Shown one piece after another: positions 57,803 through 64,000 of a DNA stretch of 64,000 nucleotides (within the stretch, counting starts at the first letter, position 1; every line of letters begins with the position of its first letter). A program made the translations under genes and the position numbers. The notes below the pieces were generated by a model. It was given only the letters and a program-made list of their open reading frames with translations. It made no database searches and was not told the DNA's origin. Source of the stretch: Trypanosoma brucei (Eukaryota); the NCBI GenBank assembly GCA_000002445.1, contig CP000066.1, positions 1,440,001-1,504,000 of the forward strand. The letters are read 5' to 3'.

Positions 57803-58630
57803 ATGACGGAAAAGGAAAATGGAAACAAAGATAAGAGGCGGAAGGAGAAGCATCGCAAACATCATCGTGACCGCCGCGAAAGTTGTAATGGTGTTGTTAA
57901 CTCATCTGCAGCCAAAACTAGGCCCGAAACTGCTGTGGCAATAGAGGGTGCGGATGAGGAAGTGGAGAACTGGGATGAAAACCGTACACGGGTTGATCAA
58001 CTCTGTCAAACCTACCCGAACAACATGTGCAACGACTGCAACAACGCTGGAACTCGCTGGGCCTCGGTTAATCACGGCGTGTTTTTATGCATTCGGTGCT
58101 CCGGCATCCATCGCTCACTGGGCGTCCACGTGTCGAAGGTGAAGTCAGCTAACATGGACAAGTGGAGTGCAGCAGAGGTTCATTTGATGGAACTCATAGG
58201 CAATCAACGGGCAAAGTTACTTTACGAGGCGCATCTTCCTAAAGATATGAAGCCCATGACGTTTGCAGAGTCTGATGCTACTCTACAAACTTTTATCCAG
58301 CGGAAGTATCAGGAAAAAGCATTTTCTGTGGAGGCCGTAGATGAGAAACTTCGCCAGTACCATAAAGAAGCGCGGTACGGGAAGAAACCGAAGCGGAATA
58401 GCAGCGCGAGTCGTAAAAAAAAAGCGAATGACGGAGCGAACGACAAAGCCGAGAGGAGTTTGAAGGGGGAGGACACAATCAAGGCGTTATATGGCTCCAA
58501 TGCGGAGGTTATATCTAAAATGTCAAAGAGGACGGGACCCATTCGTGGGACTTTTGGAGTAGTGAATGTTGGACCGGAAGCGTACGATGAGCGGCGCAAG
58601 ACACTTCTGGAGCAGTTTGGCTTTTCTTGA
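57803..58630 (+). CDS. ADP-ribosylation factor GTPase-activating protein (ArfGAP domain)
   Basis: ATG at 57803. A C4 zinc finger with the catalytic arginine: CNDCNNAGTRWASVNHGVFLCIRCSGIHRSLGVHVSKVKSANMDKW (nt ~58028-58170). This is the canonical ArfGAP signature C-x2-C-x16-C-x2-C...R...DxW. Confidence 0.9.
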   Translation: MTEKENGNKDKRRKEKHRKHHRDRRESCNGVVNSSAAKTRPETAVAIEGADEEVENWDENRTRVDQLCQTYPNNMCNDCNNAGTRWASVNHGVFLCIRCSGIHRSLGVHVSKVKSANMDKWSAAEVHLMELIGNQRAKLLYEAHLPKDMKPMTFAESDATLQTFIQRKYQEKAFSVEAVDEKLRQYHKEARYGKKPKRNSSASRKKKANDGANDKAERSLKGEDTIKALYGSNAEVISKMSKRTGPIRGTFGVVNVGPEAYDERRKTLLEQFGFS

Positions 58631-59135
58631 GCGCTTTTTTTTCTCTTTTGGACGAAAACACCCATTCCCTGCACTGTAAGTATGTGGTGGTGAAGAAGTT
58701 AGGGAGTACGTAACTGTTGAGGCGCAACTCCTGCTCAGATATGAAAGCCCATGGTGATGATGATGTCGACCATCGAGAAGTGTGAGTTGACAGTGGCGCA
58801 ATCGCCTTTATGTTTTCTCTGTCTTGCAATGTTAACATGGGCGGTTGAAATTTTTCTCTCTTAGTTCACCGTTCAGTGTAAAATTACCATCTAGTTGTCT
58901 ATGTGCATGCACTTGACCCTATTGTACCTATTGCTGTTTTCCTTATGATAAACAAAAAATCATTTCCCTCTTTCTCCTAAAAAAAAATAATAATAATCCA
59001 GCGACAACGTCAAACAAAGAAAATATAGCAAAAAATTGCTTTGGTGATACACGCGAGAGGGTAATTGTGTTATTACGTTTTCGAACTTGCCTGCTGTAGG
59101 GGGCAGCGTTTCACTGTGATTTTTCTTTCCTTCCA

Positions 59136-60290
59136 ATGCATACTCTGTCCTCATGTGATTTTGAGGCGTTGAATCGTGTGTTGGACTTTTTGCGCCTCCA
59201 CCCCAGTGAAATCCACAGGGACGAATTTAATGGACTTCGCGAATTCTTAACGTCACTGGGCGCCACTCTTTCTCCCAGAACATATGAACCCAACACGACT
59301 GCGGGACCAGAGGCAAATGAAGAGGACACAGCGAGTGAACCGGATGAAGAACTATGGAAGTTGGAAGACGTGGCGGATGATGGGATTCCAGCAGGCAGTG
59401 GAGATCCTTCACCTGAGCAGGAGGAGAAAGCGATGGAGCTCAAAGCAGCAGCGGCCGACTGCGCGGCTGATGGTCGACTTGACGAGGCTGTTGACTTACT
59501 CGCTCAGGCACTTCGCCTGGTGCCGGGAAAGGCAATGTATTGGTCACAGCGCGCAAGTTATTTGCTTGAGTGCAAGCGTCCCGGTGCTGCATTGCGTGAC
59601 GCCAACAGGGCACTCTCTCTTAACCCTGAAAATGTACGTGCTTTGCGCGTCCGGGGAACAGTGAATCGCCACCTGGGAAAGTGGGAGGACGCACTCAAAG
59701 ACCTGAGTGAGGCACAAACTGTCGATTACGACGAGAAGACGGATGCACTGCTTCGGCTGGTCCAGGAAAAGGCAAATGCACGGCGACAGTCACGTCGTCG
59801 GAAGGAGGAAGAGCGGGAGGCAAAGCGACAAGAGGCCCTCCGCCGCCAGCGCGAGATGGAAATGCAACGAGAGGAGGAGGAGGAGCGACGACAAAACCAG
59901 CGGCAGGCACCTCCATCAGGGGGATTCCCCGGAGGATTCCCAGGCGGAATGCCAGGCGGGTTCCCGGGTGGAATGGAGGAAATTATGAAGGACCCGGAAA
60001 TCTTGGAAGCCATGCGGAATCCGGAGATTGCGTCTAAGTTCTCTACTCTCATGCAGAACCCTATGGCTGCTCTGGGGATGATGAGTGATCCCCAAATGGG
60101 TCCTCTGCTTCAGAAAGTTATGTCAAAAGTGATGGGTGGTGGATTCCCGGGTGCGGGAATGCCGGGTTCTGGTTTCCCGGGAGGAGGCATGTCAGGTCAG
60201 GGGTTTGCTTCTTCACCAGACGCAACACCCGGTACCACGAATTCGGCCCCACCTAAGGGACCACTTCATGACCCTGACGAGTTGGATTAA
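59136..60290 (+). CDS. Hsc70-interacting protein (Hip/ST13-like co-chaperone)
   Basis: ATG at 59136. Domain order: N-terminal dimerisation region, TPR repeats (AADGRLDEAVDLLAQALRLVPGKAMYWSQRASYLLECKRPGAALRDANRALSLNPENVRALRVRGTVNRHLGKWEDA), a charged R/E segment, GGFPGGFPGGMPGGFPGGM repeats, then an STI1/DP domain (MKDPEILEAMRNPEIASKFSTLMQNPMAALGMMSDPQMGPLLQKVM). Confidence 0.85.
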   Translation: MHTLSSCDFEALNRVLDFLRLHPSEIHRDEFNGLREFLTSLGATLSPRTYEPNTTAGPEANEEDTASEPDEELWKLEDVADDGIPAGSGDPSPEQEEKAMELKAAAADCAADGRLDEAVDLLAQALRLVPGKAMYWSQRASYLLECKRPGAALRDANRALSLNPENVRALRVRGTVNRHLGKWEDALKDLSEAQTVDYDEKTDALLRLVQEKANARRQSRRRKEEEREAKRQEALRRQREMEMQREEEEERRQNQRQAPPSGGFPGGFPGGMPGGFPGGMEEIMKDPEILEAMRNPEIASKFSTLMQNPMAALGMMSDPQMGPLLQKVMSKVMGGGFPGAGMPGSGFPGGGMSGQGFASSPDATPGTTNSAPPKGPLHDPDELD

Positions 60291-60814
60291 GTTAATGGCA
60301 ATATTGTGGGAACCCCACCCCCTCATTGATTACCGGCATATTTAACGTTCAGAATGGTGAGTAGTTGTTCAGGTAAGTATAGCAACACACATACTAAAAT
60401 ATACTTTTTATTGTCATGAACAGCAGCTCCGTGGTTAGTAGCTCTTTATTATTTGATTGTCCACTCTATACAAAACAAAGTGTACGGTGTTAAAAACGAA
60501 ATCTGTTCATATTCCTTCTTGGTCACGACTATCTGTTTGACGTATTCGCCCGATGGTTTCCTTTTGTAAATGGGGAATGATTATTATTATTATTATTTAT
60601 TTTTTTGAATTCTTTTTTCAACTTTACTTCAAACAAATGATTTGGATATATGTCCCTAAGGACTTGTGAGTGCAAGAAGAAAAGAAGTCTGTAACAACAC
60701 TGAGAGGAAAAAAGAATAATAAATAATATTAATTAGAGATTACAAAAGGAAAGTAAAATAAATACCGGAAGCGGCAAGTACAAAAGAACCAAAGGACAAG
60801 GGAAAAAGTATCGA

Positions 60815-61132
60815 ATGCCCGCACGTGCATCCCAACGGACGCCACGAGGTACCACCTCTAAATCGGAGCGACAAGTGACAAACAAAGAAAACCCACAGGA
60901 ACAAGCGACGACAGCTCCAAATGACTCCACACGGACCGACATCCCAGATGTTGTGGCGGAAGTACAGAAAGTGGAAGCTATTTTAGCAAGAAGGCGTGAG
61001 ACAATGGGAGCTGGAAGTAATGGATTTACCTGTGGCACATGGGTTGCTCTTGTGGTTTTAGAGGTACTCGCATTTGTATGGCTCAGTTGGGCGATGGATG
61101 TGTACGCCATGTACCGTGGCGCTCGTCCTTAA
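60815..61132 (+). CDS. Possible small tail-anchored membrane protein (105 aa)
   Basis: ATG at 60815. A hydrophilic basic N-terminus, then a single C-terminal hydrophobic segment (GFTCGTWVALVVLEVLAFVWLSWAM) close to the stop codon. It sits in a ~2-kb gap with a T-rich tract upstream (60580-60650). There is no homology evidence, so this is speculative. Confidence 0.3.
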   Translation: MPARASQRTPRGTTSKSERQVTNKENPQEQATTAPNDSTRTDIPDVVAEVQKVEAILARRRETMGAGSNGFTCGTWVALVVLEVLAFVWLSWAMDVYAMYRGARP

Positions 61133-61416
61133 TCTAAGTGCAGTCCCGCAACTGTCATCTCGTTGTTGTTTTTTGTTTTTTCTTGTTCTCTCTCTAGTTT
61201 TCTTTGTGAGATTTGCTGTGCTATTCGCAAGTAAGGAGATAGGAGAATGAATATATTAGAAATGAGGTTTGTGCAAGAGATTGATGGGAGGTAAGCGATT
61301 TTCGGTGCTTTCTGCACATTGGTTGTGTGCTTTGGTGCCGTCGTTTCGTGTGTTTGAGGGCAACCAAACATACGGCGAAGAGATACGCCATTTAATTTAA
61401 GAATAGAAATACTGGA

Positions 61417-61418
<2 letters not shown>

Positions 61419-61472
<54 letters not shown>
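61419..61472. repeat. (TA)n followed by (TG)n compound microsatellite
   Basis: Direct observation. Confidence 0.95.
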
Positions 61473-62214
61473 TGTTGCAGTCGTGTATGGATGCTCGCAT
61501 GTATGGATGTTATTTTTATTTCTTTTTTTTTCTCACTACTCCTTTTTCGCTTTTTTCATTTTTGTATTTGGGAAAAGGGAGGAGGTGTATATATGGTTTA
61601 GAGGGGGGGCCGCTGTCATGAAGGAGGGAGGCACGGAGGTTAGGGAATACCTTTGTAAAATATAAGACTGCGCTGAACGCAACGGGTCGGCAAGTATTTT
61701 TTTTTTATACCTCTTTTCTGTTATACGATACCGTACTGCATATCTCTCAACTTGTACGTTACGTGAAGGGGTGAAATATGCGCCAATAAGGCGTACTTCC
61801 CCTCACTTTTAGAATGCAATTAATAGAAATGCAGGTTAGCAACTGACTGGGTTTTTGAAAGATGGAGAAGGAAAGATTGCACGAAAGATAAGCTGAAGTG
61901 GTGGAGAGAGGAAGGCTTTTGCGAGTGACACACGACAGCACTACTGAAGGGATGAAACGCGTTGATTTTGCGTTTTGTTTATTTTCATACTTCGAGTTAC
62001 TTCGTTCTTTTTTCGGAATTTCTCTGCCTTTGGTTCTGGCATCTTTTGTGTGTTTTAACTTCCCCTACAGAATGTGCCTTTGCGGGGGCAGGGTATCAAG
62101 CATGATGTTGTGACAGAACAGCGTGATCAGTGGTCATTGCCTTGTGTAGGAACGTTATTTTCCTTGTATCTTTCTCTTTAATTTTCTTGAATCATTTGCA
62201 TTTTGTGCATGTTT

Positions 62215-62269
62215 GCATATCTCTTTTTTTTTTCGTTGTTGTTGTTCCGTATCTTGTCTTGCATTAGGC
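62215..62269 (+). promoter_or_regulatory. Polypyrimidine tract plus AG: putative trans-splice acceptor for the FHA gene
   Basis: tatctcttttttttttcgttgttgttgttccgtatcttgtcttgcattag ends in AG 4 nt before the ATG at 62273. The track ORF (TTG start at 62213) translates this tract. Confidence 0.5.
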
Positions 62270-62272
62270 GTG

Positions 62273-63097
62273 ATGGAGAGGGTAACATACGCTCGAACGG
62301 GGGCGCTTAGATCAACATACGCCGGTTTGCCCGTTACCAAAGAGCGTTTAGTCACCGCTGCACCTGCAAAATGGTTTCCACTACTCACAACGGTACCGCA
62401 ACGAGTACTTAAAAGCATCTCTGATAGTGATGGAGTTGACGGAAGCCTTCTTGGATTTTTACCAATAGCTTTTGTTTTTGAAGAGCTTCGAAAACACCTC
62501 TCAGATTTTACCCAACATGCGGCATTTCTGCGTGCCGTGCTTCAGTGGTACCATCAGACTGCGGGGGATACTTTGGAAAGTGAGATTGCCACTGATAAGG
62601 TGGAAATATTCCAACCGTACCTTCCCGCATATCGTCTTCGCGTACTAAAGGAAGGTGAAACAGTCGCGACATTCAACGACATTTCGCGCCGTGCCGTGAC
62701 GCTGATGGGGAAGGACCGCGGAATTAACGACATCCCGTTAGATCACCCGAGTTGTTCCGCACAGCACGCTGCCCTAGAGGTAAATTTTGTTCACAGAAAC
62801 TCTGAACCGTTTCAGCAGCGTTTACATACTTTGATGCAAGAGGAATATCGGAACATAAATTGGAGTTCACCGGATGAGGTTGGAAAGTTATGCGCACATG
62901 CCCTTCAACTGATGCGGGAGTTTGGGGGTGATGAGGATATGTGGTTAATGGAACTGCAAGTGGTTGACCTCGGTTCAACCAATGGCACAAATCTCAACGG
63001 GGAGTTGTTGCGACCATTAGAGCGGGCGACGGTTATTGAGGGGGACGTACTAACTTTTGGGTACTCAACAAGGAAGTACTTGATTGTCCGAGCTTAA
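62273..63097 (+). CDS. FHA (forkhead-associated) domain protein
   Basis: First ATG after the polyY-AG (MERVTYARTG...). The C-terminal half matches the FHA pattern: VTLMGKDRG.NDIPLDHPSCSAQHAALEV...VVDLGSTNGTNLNGELL...GDVLTFGYSTRKYLI (GR...D..L....vSr.HA.i, then DLgStNGT.lNg, then gD...fG). Confidence 0.8.
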   Translation: MERVTYARTGALRSTYAGLPVTKERLVTAAPAKWFPLLTTVPQRVLKSISDSDGVDGSLLGFLPIAFVFEELRKHLSDFTQHAAFLRAVLQWYHQTAGDTLESEIATDKVEIFQPYLPAYRLRVLKEGETVATFNDISRRAVTLMGKDRGINDIPLDHPSCSAQHAALEVNFVHRNSEPFQQRLHTLMQEEYRNINWSSPDEVGKLCAHALQLMREFGGDEDMWLMELQVVDLGSTNGTNLNGELLRPLERATVIEGDVLTFGYSTRKYLIVRA

Positions 63098-64000
63098 TTA
63101 CCTCCTTTTTTTTTGGGGAGGGCCTTGGCCTGTTGCGACGCCTGCTGCTCACTTCAAAGAGTATGCATGGGCAATCACGTCTGAGTTTATGTTGTTGGTA
63201 GTTTTTGTTGAGATGCTCCGCTAGTTCTCTGAACTCAGCTTCACACTGAGTTTCTAATGAATGTGCGTGTGTGGGTGTCACCACAGAACTTGTGCTTTTA
63301 CCAAGTTCCAGTTTTTGTTATTATTATTATTCCTCTAAAGCTCTCCTCTATATTTAACTAATGGGGACGCGTTGGAGTCATGTGGTGGTAGTTAAAAGCG
63401 TGATGTTACTGCTGGAGAATTTATTGTCACTTCTTTTTTCGCTCCGGAACAAGACAAGTTCTTTCCTTGAGGGTGTATGGAGGGAGGGAAAGGAAGAAGA
63501 TCCCGCGGAAGGGAGGGTGGATCAACTTGCTGAAAGTTATGTACAAACGTGCATACGAATGAAAGTTTTGGAACATTTTTCCTTCCTTCGCTTTTACGTT
63601 ATGATGAGTGTGTAGTACACAGGTATTTGTTTTCTGCGTTCAACTTTTCAATCTGGTACCGTCCGGTGAGTTTTCTTTATGCGATGGCCTTCCCATAAAT
63701 GCGATGGAAGAAATAGTGTGGTGATTGAAGTGAATCAGTATATTCTTTGCGTCTGATCTTAACAACAAAAAAGAAAAAGAGTGACACGAATTATCTTACG
63801 TGTTATATCAGCAGTGCACCGTTTCATACCACAATCTTCAGCATCCTACTCATGGTGTCCATAATACTTGTGATTTCGTCAAAAATGTGTTGGACAAAGT
63901 TCTTATACTGTTGCCGTTATTAACTTTACTTCGTATGGGAGGGCATCTGTAAGTTACTTTTCTGTTTTGTTAAGTTCATAATACCGTAGGAGCGACAGTA

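Noticed and set aside
59726-60052. Minus-strand ORF encoding PPGNPPGIPPGNPPGNPP inside the Hip gene
   Set aside because: It is the antisense of the GGFP/GGMP repeat codons. The sense strand has a complete Hip domain architecture.
63361-63615. 84-aa ATG-initiated ORF near the window end
   Set aside because: Short, with no motif, and starting about 265 nt after the stop of the FHA gene (63097). It could be real, but there is nothing to support it beyond the absence of stop codons.
1-64000. Mobile elements (ingi/RIME/SLACS-like retroposons), VSG/ESAG/RHS genes, rRNA, spliced-leader or 5S arrays, CRISPR or prokaryotic defence operons
   Set aside because: I looked for reverse-transcriptase or endonuclease motifs, cysteine-rich VSG N-terminal domains, rRNA-like conserved blocks and short regularly spaced direct repeats. 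None are present. The only regular repeats are microsatellites and the 135-nt coding repeat.

Overview
This window is eukaryotic, not prokaryotic. It has the organisation of a trypanosomatid nuclear chromosome, most likely Trypanosoma brucei or a close relative. That reading rests on 20+ intron-less protein genes all on the + strand with gaps of 0.4-4.6 kb, a polypyrimidine tract plus AG (the trans-splice acceptor pattern) in front of the starts, many (TG)n, (TA)n, (GGT)n and (GTCT)n microsatellites, and long U-rich UTR-like spacers. This is one co-directional polycistronic transcription unit with no strand-switch region in the window. I found no phage-defence island, CRISPR array, rRNA or convincing tRNA, and no retroposon (ingi/RIME/SLACS), VSG, ESAG or RHS element. 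Genes recognisable from sequence are: two tandem ERI-1/3'hExo-family DEDDh 3'-5' exonuclease paralogs; ADF/cofilin; a RAD51 paralog (RecA-fold ATPase); a CCCH zinc-finger protein with poly-Q/N-rich low-complexity regions; a two-RRM RNA-binding protein; a U1-type C2H2 zinc-finger protein and a PPR-like protein, both with mitochondrial-looking N-termini; a UBA-like/UBX protein; an ArfGAP; an Hsc70-interacting protein (Hip/ST13-like) with a TPR domain, GGMP-type repeats and an STI1 domain; an FHA-domain protein; and a 2,128-aa protein whose C-terminal 880 aa is an almost perfect ~19.5 x 45-aa acidic tandem repeat. Several ORFs in the supplied track begin at TTG, not ATG. For those I moved the start to the first ATG downstream of the polypyrimidine/AG signal. 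The points I rate most worth follow-up are the tandem ERI-1-like exonuclease pair (one carrying a ~560-aa disordered N-terminal extension), the repeat protein (copy number and assembly integrity), the unusually long ORF-free stretch after the CCCH gene, and two intergenic islands of atypical composition. Any claim of novelty needs database searches that I cannot run.
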